The position numbers and the translations under genes were made by a program. 64,000 nt of DNA from positions 127,104 through 191,103 of the forward strand of contig CAZAXH010000003.1 in the NCBI GenBank assembly GCA_964489065.1, read 5' to 3'. Positions 17,466 to 27,315 of the stretch are shown here, one piece after another. The notes beneath the pieces were generated by a model. It was not told the origin of the DNA and did no database searches. It worked only from the letters and a program-made list of their open reading frames with translations. This DNA comes from an uncultured Planctomycetales bacterium. GTDB lineage: Bacteria; Omnitrophota; Gorgyraeia; Zapsychrales; JANLHA01. The stretch's first letter is position 1. Each line of letters opens with the position of its first letter.

Positions 17466-18362
17466 TTGAGAGACATGGATAAAGCGAATCAAAAAGCGTA
17501 CCGCATTACTCTTATTGGCATTGTGATTAATGTCTTTTTGTCCGGAATTAAGTTCCTTGCCGGAATTTTTGGCCATAGCGGGGCGATTATTGCGGACGCG
17601 CTGCATTCTTTGTCCGACCTTACAACGGATTTTGCCGTATTGATTGGGTTTAAAGGGGCGGAAAAGCCCATCGATAAGTCCCACGATTACGGCCATGGAA
17701 AAATAGAAACGCTTGTCGCCGCTTTTATCGGGATTATTTTGTTTTTGGTGGGGGGGAAGATTTTGCTTCAGGGGGGACAGGATGTGGCGGCTTTTTTACG
17801 GGGGGAAATGATGCCGGTCCCCGAATGGTTCACTTGTTTGGCGGCGGCGATTTCTATCGGCATGAAGGAGGTCCTTTACCGCAAAACAGTTTCTGTTGGG
17901 CAGGAAATTAAGAGCCGGGCCATTGTCGCCAATGCCTGGCATCACCGTTCCGACGCCCTGTCGTCTGTCGCGGTTTTATGCGGGATCGCCGGCGCGATTG
18001 TTTTGGGCCCGCCGTGGAGGGCGCTGGATCCTTTGGCCGCTATTTGCGTGAGCCTTTTGATTATGTACACGGCGTTTTCGGTTCTAAAAGAGAGCCTCAA
18101 TGAATTAATGGAGGCGTCTCTCGATGATGAGGTTGAAGATGAAATCATTGCGATCATCGGGAATATCCCGGGAGTGAAATATCCGCATAATCTTAAGACA
18201 AGACGCATCGGCAGAAATATTGCTATCGATATCCATATTAAAGTTTCCAAAGACTTGAATATTATGGACGCGCATAACATCTCTACCTTGGCGGAAGAAA
18301 AACTCCGGCGACGCTTCGGCAAAGAAATTTTTGTTTACGTTCATGTTGAGCCGGCTTTGTAG
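17466..18362 (+). CDS. Cation diffusion facilitator (CDF) family metal efflux transporter
   Basis: HSLSDLTTD and HGKIE CDF signature regions; 6 TM plus a C-terminal cytoplasmic domain. Confidence 0.8.
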   Translation: MRDMDKANQKAYRITLIGIVINVFLSGIKFLAGIFGHSGAIIADALHSLSDLTTDFAVLIGFKGAEKPIDKSHDYGHGKIETLVAAFIGIILFLVGGKILLQGGQDVAAFLRGEMMPVPEWFTCLAAAISIGMKEVLYRKTVSVGQEIKSRAIVANAWHHRSDALSSVAVLCGIAGAIVLGPPWRALDPLAAICVSLLIMYTAFSVLKESLNELMEASLDDEVEDEIIAIIGNIPGVKYPHNLKTRRIGRNIAIDIHIKVSKDLNIMDAHNISTLAEEKLRRRFGKEIFVYVHVEPAL

Positions 18363-18378
18363 CGGCCATAAAATATAT

Positions 18379-19923
18379 ATGAAACCTATTCCCCTGTCTC
18401 CTCCTTTTTTAAAACGGCTGGCTCTCCAAGCTTTTCCTTGGGTGCTTTTTTTGTCTTGCCTGATTGTTCGGACCTGTTTCATCAGCCGGGGGCCGTATCA
18501 TGTCGACACTTTAAATCTTGTCATTCAGGCCCAGGCCACCTTAAAAGACCACCAGGTGCATTTTTTGTTTGGCTTCGGGTATCCGCTTACTGTGCTTCTA
18601 GCCGCGGGTTTTATTTGGGTAGGAGAGAGGCTCGGGCTGGAGGACCCGGTCCTGGCCGTTAACGCGATGAGCGTGTTTTTCAGCTCGGTAACGGTTTTGC
18701 TCACATATTACATGGGCAAGGCGCTTTTTAACGCGTCGGCCGGCGTTGTCAGCGCCCTGGTGTTATCGGTTTCCCCGATTTTTTTGGGACTTTCTGTGTA
18801 TGGGCAGAGCCAGATGCCGGCGCTGTGTTTTTTAATGGCCGGGATGTTTTTTTTAATCCGGGATTACAATCATCGTCCCCAGGATTCTTTTTTTATATCG
18901 GCGTATTTTTTGGGGTTGGCGGGAGCCGCGCGGATGCAGGATGCTTGCCTAATGTTGCCGGCGCTGTTGTTTTTGTTTTTTGTGCCTCCGGCGGCCGGCC
19001 GGTTGGACCGGTCGCCCTTTTTGCTTTCCCAGTTTTGGTTATGGGCCGGGACAGCTTTGTTTGTGGCCGTTGCGTTTCATGTCCCGTTTCTTTTTCAGGC
19101 GAACCGGGATGTCTATCTGAGCCAGCTTAGGCGTTTCTGGGCGGCGGGGCTCACGCAAAATTACCTTGGCTTAGACTCTTCCCGCTTGTTGTTGAGCGGG
19201 GTGTATCTTGTTAAATCAATGACCGAGACGGGGATGTTTTTGTCTTTCCTGGGACTGCTTGCCCTCACGCGTCGGCGGTGGCGCACGGCTGTTTTCCTCC
19301 TTTTATGGTTGCTCGGCCCGGTGCTTTTCTACGGGAACCTTAACACCACCTCCACCTCCCGTTTTTTTCTCCCGGCCCTGCCGCCGTTATGTTTGGCTTT
19401 AGGATTTTGTTTGTCGGCCCTTGTCCGGAAAGGGAAGGTTTTTCTGCTTGCCGGAGCGGCGGTTTTAATCATTATGATCAGCTTAATGGTCCAATATATG
19501 TTCCCCAAATTATGGTTTCGTCATACGACGGCCGCTTTGCCGGGATACAGCCTCTGGGCTGGCCGTCTTACCGAGCCCAACGCCGTGATTATAGCCGGAG
19601 ACGAGGCTTTGTTTATGATTTATTATTCAGGGCGTGAGACGCTGGTGCGGCCGCAGAGCTTGGAAGTCTTGTCCGAAATTCAATTGGAAAAGTTTAAGCA
19701 AACTGTCAATGATTTAATCTTCCAGGGGCGGCCGGTTTATATCACGGCGCCGGCGTTGTATTCCCATGATAAAGACAAACATTTTTCCGGAGCCATGGGC
19801 GCTATGTTCCGGTTTGTCCCGGTCGGCCAGCATATTTACGAAGATTGGCATCTGGGGCCGATGACTTTACAAATTCATCATTTTGCTTTATATAAAGTAG
19901 AGAGGAATGCCTCTGCGCCGTAA
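18379..19923 (+). CDS. GT-C-fold (ArnT/PMT/DUF2723-like) polytopic membrane glycosyltransferase-like protein, paralog 1
   Basis: About 515 aa, multi-TM; N-terminal GPYHVDTLNLVIQAQ...GYPLTVLL and C-terminal PVYIT...HFSG...YEDWH blocks shared with 36336..37889. Confidence 0.55.
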   Translation: MKPIPLSPPFLKRLALQAFPWVLFLSCLIVRTCFISRGPYHVDTLNLVIQAQATLKDHQVHFLFGFGYPLTVLLAAGFIWVGERLGLEDPVLAVNAMSVFFSSVTVLLTYYMGKALFNASAGVVSALVLSVSPIFLGLSVYGQSQMPALCFLMAGMFFLIRDYNHRPQDSFFISAYFLGLAGAARMQDACLMLPALLFLFFVPPAAGRLDRSPFLLSQFWLWAGTALFVAVAFHVPFLFQANRDVYLSQLRRFWAAGLTQNYLGLDSSRLLLSGVYLVKSMTETGMFLSFLGLLALTRRRWRTAVFLLLWLLGPVLFYGNLNTTSTSRFFLPALPPLCLALGFCLSALVRKGKVFLLAGAAVLIIMISLMVQYMFPKLWFRHTTAALPGYSLWAGRLTEPNAVIIAGDEALFMIYYSGRETLVRPQSLEVLSEIQLEKFKQTVNDLIFQGRPVYITAPALYSHDKDKHFSGAMGAMFRFVPVGQHIYEDWHLGPMTLQIHHFALYKVERNASAP

Positions 19924-19954
19924 TGACAAGGAGTGCCGGGAAGGAAGGGAAGGG

Positions 19955-20593
19955 ATGAAACGGCAAAAAGAAATTTTAAGCGTTTTTATTATTGTGGCGT
20001 TCGTCGGGCTGATTGGCCTGGTTCGGTGGGCGAAAACACAACGCGCTCGGGATACCGTGAGTCCGGCACCTGTTTCTAAAACGCGTGGTAATCCTGGTGC
20101 CCTGGTTCACATTATCGAATATTCTGATTTTCAGTGTTCCGCCTGCGCTAAAGGGCAGGGGATTTTGAAGGAATTTTTGGCTAAGGAGGCGGACCGGATT
20201 TTTCTGGAATTCCGGTATTTTCTGATTGAAGAAATTCATCCCCAAGCGTTTCGCAGCGCCGTATATGCGGAATGTGCGGCGCGCCAGAAACATTTTTGGT
20301 CTTTTCATGACTTTTTGTTTTCTGAACAAACTGAATGGAGCCGGGCCGGTGAGGGCGCGGAAACATATTTTAAGGCCTATGCCCGGTCTTCCGGTCTTGA
20401 CATGGGGCAGTTGGATGCTTGTGTTCAGGACAGCACCGTTGCATCCGCCATAGAGAGGGAGATCGTGGAAGCCCGTTTTCGCGGCGTGTCCGCGACCCCC
20501 ACGTTTTTTATAAACGGAAAAATGGTCATTGGGACAACGGCCCTGCGGAACGCCTTGATCCAGTTGTTTCCTGGTTCGGATGGCAATAGATAG
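19955..20593 (+). CDS. DsbA-like thioredoxin-fold thiol:disulfide oxidoreductase, membrane-anchored
   Basis: N-terminal TM anchor, CxxC active site (FQCSACAKG), DsbA-like C-terminal region; RBS before Met 19955. Confidence 0.7.
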   Translation: MKRQKEILSVFIIVAFVGLIGLVRWAKTQRARDTVSPAPVSKTRGNPGALVHIIEYSDFQCSACAKGQGILKEFLAKEADRIFLEFRYFLIEEIHPQAFRSAVYAECAARQKHFWSFHDFLFSEQTEWSRAGEGAETYFKAYARSSGLDMGQLDACVQDSTVASAIEREIVEARFRGVSATPTFFINGKMVIGTTALRNALIQLFPGSDGNR

Positions 20594-20652
20594 CGGACTT
20601 TTTTGTTAAAATAAGAGGATATCCCTTTATCTTTTAAAGGATCGTTTGTATA

Positions 20653-21603
20653 ATGACCCAGGCACAGGAAGAACAACGAAAACCCGTAAAGAGCATGAAA
20701 CAAAAAATTTTATTAGTTGACGATGCCCGGGAAATCCTTGACCTGATGCAGGCGATGCTGGAAGGGCAAGGATATGCGGTGATTGTCGCGACCAACGGGG
20801 TTGAAGGGTTGGCTAAGGCGAAAGAAGACCGGCCGCATCTGATTATCGCCGACGTTTTAATGCCGGAAATGGACGGGTATCTCTTTTTTAAAGAGTTGCG
20901 AAAGGACCCGGTTACCGAACGGATTCCGGTCCTGATTATAACGGCCAGAGCGAAAATGGAAGATTCTTTTCGGGCGATTGGCGTGGACGGATTTTTGGTG
21001 AAGCCGATTGATGCGAACAAACTGTTCGCGGAAGTTGCCCGGGAATTGAGTGTTTTTATTAAAGACAAGGATAACCTCAGCACGCAGGATCTCTCTCCTC
21101 AAACAGTAGAAGATTTGCAGCAAAAGAGCTCGCCTTCTGCGGCGCAGATGAGCGGGGCCTCCTCATCCGGGAAAAGGATTCTTTTGTATGGTTATGAAAA
21201 AAATGTCCTCCGGGAAATGAGCCAGCAACTGGAGCAGAAGCGCTGCGCAGTTACCGTTGCGGAGGACATGCATCAACTCGGCCTTTTGATTGACCGAACG
21301 GACCCGCACATTATTTTTCTGGAGGTGAAGCCAGACGCGGCTGTTTCCCTGGAATCCATTTTGACCTCTGTTCATTCCGTTTTGCAGAGCCGGGATGTTC
21401 AGCACCACGACCCCCGGTTTGTCCCGGATATTATTATCTATAAAGTGCATCATGCGGTCAGCGGGGTGACGGCCATTGCCTCTGACGTCGCTGATACGGA
21501 CAATGTTTTAGCGCAATGCGCGCGGATCGGGTATACGAAATATATCGGGCTGTACTCCCCGTTTACCTTTTATTTAAAGATTAAAGATTTTCTCCGGAAA
21601 TAA
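20653..21603 (+). CDS. Response-regulator protein with one canonical and one degenerate receiver domain
   Basis: KILLVDDA...DVLMPEMDG...LITAR canonical REC; second REC-like half (KRILLYGYE...) lacks the phospho-acceptor context. The start may instead be Met 20695. Confidence 0.65.
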   Translation: MTQAQEEQRKPVKSMKQKILLVDDAREILDLMQAMLEGQGYAVIVATNGVEGLAKAKEDRPHLIIADVLMPEMDGYLFFKELRKDPVTERIPVLIITARAKMEDSFRAIGVDGFLVKPIDANKLFAEVARELSVFIKDKDNLSTQDLSPQTVEDLQQKSSPSAAQMSGASSSGKRILLYGYEKNVLREMSQQLEQKRCAVTVAEDMHQLGLLIDRTDPHIIFLEVKPDAAVSLESILTSVHSVLQSRDVQHHDPRFVPDIIIYKVHHAVSGVTAIASDVADTDNVLAQCARIGYTKYIGLYSPFTFYLKIKDFLRK

Positions 21604-21626
21604 ATAAATTCAGAAGGGGACCGATT

Positions 21627-22187
21627 ATGATCAAGTCATGGCGGCATGACCACTGGATGATATTTGTCATGATGCTGTCTTTAGGCGCGGCGTTGCTGTC
21701 CGGCTGTGATGCTGTATACCGTTTATTGCAGAAAGAAGGCGCGGAAGAGAAAGAGGTTTTGGGTGAAGTGGTGCCCATGGAGCCGAATGTCCGGGTTGCC
21801 GAGGTTCAGAAATTGTTGAAATTGTACGGCTACCGGATCGGCAAAGTTGACGGAATCCTCGGGGGAAACACGAGACAGGCTATCGAAGATTTTCAGCAAG
21901 ATCAAGGCCTGAAAGCGTCCCGATTTGTGGATTTTAAGACCTGGGACGCCCTGACGCGTTTTGAGCGTTTCGGGCTGGTTGTGGATGGGGAGTTAAACGC
22001 CGCGGCCATTCAGACGGCTTTAAAAGAGGCGGGACTTGATCCGGGGCCCATTGACGGCAAGATGGGGAAGAAGACGCAGAAGGCTATTCTTCATTTTCAG
22101 AAACTGGAAGGAATTAAGGCGGACGGGAACATCGGGATCAACACCTTGACGCATCTTGAGATGTACCTCTCGGAAAATCATCCTTAA
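21627..22187 (+). CDS. Lipoprotein with three peptidoglycan-binding (PG_binding_1-like) repeats
   Basis: Lipobox LLSGC; three repeats of the xVxxLQxxLxxxGYxxGxxDGxxGxxTxxAIxxFQ pattern. Confidence 0.7.
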   Translation: MIKSWRHDHWMIFVMMLSLGAALLSGCDAVYRLLQKEGAEEKEVLGEVVPMEPNVRVAEVQKLLKLYGYRIGKVDGILGGNTRQAIEDFQQDQGLKASRFVDFKTWDALTRFERFGLVVDGELNAAAIQTALKEAGLDPGPIDGKMGKKTQKAILHFQKLEGIKADGNIGINTLTHLEMYLSENHP

Positions 22188-22194
22188 CGGCTGT

Positions 22195-24000
22195 TTATCG
22201 AAAGCAGCATATCCGGCCTTTGCCCTCCCTTTTGGCCTGATACAGGGCCTGATCCGTTTTTAAAATAATATCCCGGCGGTCACTGTGCGCCGAATATTCT
22301 CCGGCTCCGACGCTCACAGAAACCGGGCGTTTGCCTTTGAGATTTTTGATGCTCTCGGTCACCTTGCCGGCCACGATTCTCGCCTGCTCAATATTGGTCT
22401 GGGGCAGAATCGCCACAAATTCATCCCCCGCATAGCGGCATACCGTATCGACGGCCCGGAGATTATTTTTAAATACGGTGCTGATCCTTTTGAGCAGCAC
22501 GTCTCCTTCCAGATGCCCAAAATCGTCGTTGTAAGCTTTAAAGTTATCGATGTCGAGCATCAACAGACACATGGGGCTGTGATAGCGGGTGGCCCTTTCG
22601 ATTTCCTTGTCCAGCGTCCGAACGAAATAACGGTAATTATAAATACCGGTTAAAGGGTCGGATACAGACAGGTATTCCAGTTCCCGGTAATTCGTGGCAT
22701 TTTCTATCGACGTGGCCGCCTGCCGGACAATCGTGCATAGGATACGCAGGTCAATGTCTGCGAAAAAAGGGTCATGGGGGTTTTTTTTGTCCGCCACATT
22801 GACGACCCCGACCAGTTTATTTTGGAGCGTGATGGGGGCGATCATGAAGGATTTGTTCTTGTAACCCGGACGGTTTGGGCGGCAGAACTTTTTCCCTTCT
22901 TCAATGTTGTTTATGAGCAACGGCTGTCCTTCCTGAGCGACAATCCCGGCCAAGGGATCCCCTAATTTGATGCGCGTGGACGTGATATGCTCGGGATCCA
23001 CCCCCTTGGCCCCTCGGATCGTCAATTCTTTGCTGGTCGGATCCAGCAGCATGAGGGAACAGCGCTCGACTTCAAGGATTTCCGTGGCTTTTTCAATGAC
23101 AAAATCGACGAGATGGTTTAGATTGCTGATAGACACCATGGTCCGGTCGATGTTCAGGACCTGTTCCAGTTTACGTTTTTCCGTTTCGATTTCCTTGCGA
23201 AGGGCTTCACGTTTGATTTCTTCCTCTTTATTCTTGGAAATGTCTCTTACGAAAGACCACATGCCGGCAGCGTTCCCGGAGTGGTCGTGTAAGAGGTAGG
23301 TCCTCAACTCGACAGGGACAAGGGTGGCGTCTTTGCGGATAAATTCTTTTTCATAAAGCTCGGAATACCCTAGGGCCAAGACCTGTTCTTCCAATATTTT
23401 TTTTTCTTCCGAGTGCCAGTGCGGGGGCGTGATGTCCCAACAGTTCAGCGTTTTGATCTCCGGGGATTTGTACCCCAGCATGTCTTGGAAGGTATGGTTG
23501 AATTCCCGGATATGGCCGTTCATGTCAACCATCACGTACCCATCCCGGCTGGTTTCGTAAAGTTGCCGGTATCGCTTTTCGGATTCCATAATGGCGTGCT
23601 CAGGGCGTTTCCGGTCTGTAACATCAATGGCGTGCTCTAAAATTTGTTTGACACGGCCCTCCTGGTCAAAAACGGGATAGGCATTGATTTCAAAATAGCG
23701 ACGGGAACCTTTTTTGTCGAAATGAACGTGTTCCACGGTAACCGGTTTAAGGGTTTCTTTGATGATCATCAGGGGGCAGGGTAAATTCTGTTCGTGACAG
23801 GGGGTTTCAGATTGATGCATGGCGGTATAGCAGAGACAATCGGGGCCCAATTTGGATTGGCGGGCCGCTTTATTGGCCCCGATGATCCTATGCGTTGCGA
23901 TATCAATAATATAAAAAGGATCTATAATACCATCTATAATTTCTTGTAAATCATACTCGCCGTTTGGGGCGATATTTTTGGTGTGGATGTGCCGGGCCAT
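22195..24000 (-). CDS. PAS-PAS-GAF-GGDEF diguanylate cyclase (A-site variant AGDEF, I-site RxxD present)
   Basis: C-terminal GGDEF domain with RAVDTVCRYAGDEF; upstream GAF and two PAS-like regions; only convincing minus-strand gene in the window. Confidence 0.8.
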   Translation of the reverse strand: MARHIHTKNIAPNGEYDLQEIIDGIIDPFYIIDIATHRIIGANKAARQSKLGPDCLCYTAMHQSETPCHEQNLPCPLMIIKETLKPVTVEHVHFDKKGSRRYFEINAYPVFDQEGRVKQILEHAIDVTDRKRPEHAIMESEKRYRQLYETSRDGYVMVDMNGHIREFNHTFQDMLGYKSPEIKTLNCWDITPPHWHSEEKKILEEQVLALGYSELYEKEFIRKDATLVPVELRTYLLHDHSGNAAGMWSFVRDISKNKEEEIKREALRKEIETEKRKLEQVLNIDRTMVSISNLNHLVDFVIEKATEILEVERCSLMLLDPTSKELTIRGAKGVDPEHITSTRIKLGDPLAGIVAQEGQPLLINNIEEGKKFCRPNRPGYKNKSFMIAPITLQNKLVGVVNVADKKNPHDPFFADIDLRILCTIVRQAATSIENATNYRELEYLSVSDPLTGIYNYRYFVRTLDKEIERATRYHSPMCLLMLDIDNFKAYNDDFGHLEGDVLLKRISTVFKNNLRAVDTVCRYAGDEFVAILPQTNIEQARIVAGKVTESIKNLKGKRPVSVSVGAGEYSAHSDRRDIILKTDQALYQAKREGKGRICCFR

Positions 24001-24345
24001 ATGCCTCCCCTCGCTAAAATTAATAAGACAATAAAATCACTTTTATGCTACTCCTAAAACGGGCGTGAAACAAGAGCTTTGTCCGGCAGAACAGGCCGGA
24101 AGACACGATTTGTTTATCTCGACATTTTAATACTTTGACAAAAAAATATAAATTATATTTATACATTAAAATTTCTGCTTATAATAATAATAACCTTCTG
24201 ATATATAATCATTTCTATACATAATCACAGTAATTTTTACTCTCTTGTTGTTCGAGGGCCGCGGCCATGGGCAAGGGAACCGAGAAATCCTTTAGAATCG
24301 TGAAAGACTTGGCTATGAGGCCGGGAATAAAAAAGGACAGTCCGT

Positions 24346-26142
24346 ATGCACCGAATTAAAGAAATTTTTGAAAGATTAAAATTGTCAGAAAAAATTTGGC
24401 TGGCTTTTGGTTCTGTGAGTTTTGTTTTTCTCCTTTTCTGCGGAGTAGCGATTCACAAGGGTATGGGGGGCTCCAGGAGCGTGGAGTATATCCTTAATAA
24501 CCATATGGAGCAAATCCGGCTGGCGCAAGAGTCTTTGGCGATTGTGGCGGGCATGGAAAGTGCCGTTACTCAATATATTCAAAACTATGATGATAATTTC
24601 GCCAAAACATTTTTTTCATATCATACGCGGCTTTTAAAAAACGGACAGCAGCTCTCTGCCCTGGTTTCGAGCATGGCTGAAGGGGCTTCCCGAGATGAAT
24701 TGTTACGGAAAATAGAGGGATACGGCGCGTCTTTTCAGGAAATGGTTTCTTTGATCAAGAAACGGGGTGTTGATAAAAGTCAGGGGATTTTAGGGCAGAT
24801 GATCGGCGCCGCGCAGGAAGTGGAGGCGGTGGTCAGGAACCAAGGCGTGGATCAGGTGAGCGTGATTTGGTTTCAGATGATCCAGAATGAACAAAATTAT
24901 TATTTGCTGACCGGTGATGAAACGTATATGAAATCAATTCAGCAGAATATTCAGACGATTCAAGACCTGGTCCGGCAGCTCGCCATAGCTGAGAGTGTTC
25001 AGAAATCTCTGGATGCTGTCATGGATAAATATCGGCAGGAAACCATGCGTTTGCTTGATATTGATAAGGAGCTTTTGGTTCGGGAGGAACAACTAGTGAG
25101 CATGAAGGCGGCGTTGGTTTCGCAGATAGAAAGCTTGGCTTCCCAGACAGTTCATAATGTTAACATGAAGAAACAAAAAGTTGTCAAGGATTTAAAAAGC
25201 ACCCTTGCCCTTTTATGGGGTGTTTTCGTTTTTTGCTTGAGTTTTAACTTTTTTTGCGCCAGGGGGTTTAGCCGCGGCATTACCAGGCCGCTGACGGAGA
25301 TTTCCAAAACGTTGGACGCGATTATGACGGGGGATCTGACGATCCGTGTTAATGTCTTGTCTCAGGATGAAATGGGCGACTTTTCCCAGAAGATCAATGC
25401 GTTTATCGCGCAGGTGGCGGATATTTTAAGATGCGTTCAGGTTGCCGTGCAACTGTTTGTGGAGACCTCCCGGGACTTGTCGTCTGTGTCTCAGCAGATA
25501 TCCGAAGGCGCTGAACAGCAGTCCGCGAGCTTTGAGCATATTTCCGGGACGGTCCAGGCGAACGCCATGGATTCCAATCGGGCGAACGACCTTGCCCAAA
25601 GAGCGGCGAAAAATGTTACTGATTCCGGGAAGAATATGGCGAACTCAATGGCGGCGATGGAAGAAATCGCCCGCAGCGCCAAGAATATTAACAATGTTAT
25701 TTCTTTAATTACGGAGATCGCCGATCAGACAAACTTGCTCGCGCTGAACGCGGCCATAGAGGCGGCCAGGGCCGGGGAACACGGGAAAGGTTTTGCCGTG
25801 GTCGCCGACGAGGTGCGTAAATTGGCGGAACGCAGCGCCGCTTCCGCCAATGAGATCACTAAATTGATCATGAACAGCATGAAGCAGGTTGAAAACGGGG
25901 TGAATTTATCGAAGGCGGTCGAAGATAGCCTGAAACAGGTCGTTGAAGATATTAAAAGTATTGCCGAACAGATCCAGGGGATTTCCAGTTCTACAGAAGA
26001 ACAGGCGGCTTCTATGGAGCAAAATTCTTCTATAACAGAAAACTTCGCCGGCACCGCAGAATCCTTGACGATGTCTTCTCAGCAGCTTTATAATAGCGCC
26101 AAAGGGCTGCAGGACATGGTCAGTAAATATAAAATTTCTTAA
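24346..26142 (+). CDS. Methyl-accepting chemotaxis protein (2 TM, periplasmic sensor, HAMP, MCP signalling domain)
   Basis: Highly conserved MCP hairpin [35 protein letters not shown]; HAMP after TM2. Confidence 0.85.
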   Translation: MHRIKEIFERLKLSEKIWLAFGSVSFVFLLFCGVAIHKGMGGSRSVEYILNNHMEQIRLAQESLAIVAGMESAVTQYIQNYDDNFAKTFFSYHTRLLKNGQQLSALVSSMAEGASRDELLRKIEGYGASFQEMVSLIKKRGVDKSQGILGQMIGAAQEVEAVVRNQGVDQVSVIWFQMIQNEQNYYLLTGDETYMKSIQQNIQTIQDLVRQLAIAESVQKSLDAVMDKYRQETMRLLDIDKELLVREEQLVSMKAALVSQIESLASQTVHNVNMKKQKVVKDLKSTLALLWGVFVFCLSFNFFCARGFSRGITRPLTEISKTLDAIMTGDLTIRVNVLSQDEMGDFSQKINAFIAQVADILRCVQVAVQLFVETSRDLSSVSQQISEGAEQQSASFEHISGTVQANAMDSNRANDLAQRAAKNVTDSGKNMANSMAAMEEIARSAKNINNVISLITEIADQTNLLALNAAIEAARAGEHGKGFAVVADEVRKLAERSAASANEITKLIMNSMKQVENGVNLSKAVEDSLKQVVEDIKSIAEQIQGISSSTEEQAASMEQNSSITENFAGTAESLTMSSQQLYNSAKGLQDMVSKYKIS

Positions 26143-26335
26143 TAACAGGGTGAAAATCGTTCAAGGTACGAAACAAAACGGTTGCGAGGTGATCCTTGGA
26201 AAAAGGGTTCCTCCTTTTTTTCTCCCTTAATTTGCAGTCCTTAGGAGATTGTTTCCCTGAGTGTATTCGCCTTCCCAGAAGACCCCCGGACGCGCCCGTG
26301 AATGAAAGCAGGAGAATAACACGCTTTTTTACTTT

Positions 26336-26415
26336 GGGGATGCACGCCAGTGTTAAGACGTCAGATTATTATGAAGCGAAGAGTTAATAGGTCTAACGCC
26401 CCTGGGTGCGGGGCT
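26336..26415 (+). repeat. Intergenic repeat family R2, copy 1 (GGGGATG...TGTTAAGACGTCAG...GAAGCGAA...TTAATAGG...CGCCCCTGGG...GGGGC)
   Basis: About 80 nt, alignable with 26977-27060 and 48874-48954 in the same orientation. Confidence 0.65.
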
Positions 26416-26452
26416 TCCGTGGCCGAATATCTATAAAAGAACAAGGAGGAGC

Positions 26453-26899
26453 ATGATGAAAAAAATGCCGTTTATCTTGATATTATGGGTGTTTTTCTTT
26501 ATGGCTGCCACGGGTGCCTGGGCAGAGCAATCCCTTGGAGACGCCCTCCGGGGGCTCGTTCTGGAGGGATTACAGGCGACCGAAAAGGAGGATATCGCTG
26601 CAGTGTTGCAGACCATCCATTCGCAGTCCCCGGCGTATAATAAAATAGGCCAGCAGCTTCCCCGGATTTTTGAGGATTATGATTTAAAATATGCGCTGTT
26701 GTCTTATGTGTTTTTAGGGACGGATGATGAGTATGCTGTGGCTCGGATCACGCAAACAACCGAGAAGGTCAACCAAAAAACCGATACCCCTCCTTTTCAA
26801 GGCAATCGGGTGGATATCATTCAGATTTTCCGAAAAGAGAAAGAAGCCTGGAAGTTCTGGAATCAGGTGATTTTGGAATTTGAGCTGTCGGAGGAATAA
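26453..26899 (+). CDS. Hypothetical exported protein
   Basis: Signal peptide MMKKMPFILILWVFFFMAATGAWA; no recognisable catalytic motifs. Confidence 0.55.
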   Translation: MMKKMPFILILWVFFFMAATGAWAEQSLGDALRGLVLEGLQATEKEDIAAVLQTIHSQSPAYNKIGQQLPRIFEDYDLKYALLSYVFLGTDDEYAVARITQTTEKVNQKTDTPPFQGNRVDIIQIFRKEKEAWKFWNQVILEFELSEE

Positions 26900-26933
26900 T
26901 GGGTGGGGCCGGCCAGCCGGCGGAACTGTAAAA

Positions 26934-26960
26934 AGGGGAGGCAAAACGCCTCCCCTTTTT
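26934..26960 (+). terminator. Rho-independent terminator (8-bp GC-rich stem ggggaggc/gcctcccc, loop aaaac, T6)
   Basis: Perfect inverted repeat 26934-26941/26947-26954 followed by tttttt. Confidence 0.8.
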
Positions 26961-26976
26961 TGTCCGCCTTTTGTTT

Positions 26977-27060
26977 CGGGGATGATCGCACGCATGTTAA
27001 TACGTCAGCTCATTTCGTGAAGCGAATTATTCATAAGTATCACGCCCATGGTCGGCAAGC
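26977..27060 (+). repeat. R2 repeat copy 2
   Basis: GGGGATGATCGCACGCATGTTAATACGTCAGCTCATTTCGTGAAGCGAATTATTCATAAG...CACGCCCATGG aligns with copy 1. Confidence 0.65.
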
Positions 27061-27315
27061 GGTTGTCGGGTTGAGCCTGGCTTTAATGTCTTCTTCGGCT
27101 TTCCTTGCTAGTCTGATTGGAAATTTTTCGACTAGGATTTGAAGCACTGCAAGAGAAATCCATGCCAGCAAAGTCGGCCCGGCGCAGATGTCTTTGATCT
27201 CCTAAAACAAAAATTTTTATAATGATGATGTTTTTGTAAGACAAAAATAAGGTATTCAGCCAGAAGGTTGTGTGGTAAAATTTTTCAAGCTTGTAAAAAG
27301 AGGAGACTGTTTCCG

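Noticed and set aside
26196-26387. 63-aa ORF 26196..26387 and other 60-110-aa ORFs in intergenic regions (42136..42354, 48460..48705, 45051..45342)
   Set aside because: No RBS, low-complexity or Arg-rich translations, and they overlap repeat or leader RNA elements; judged non-coding.
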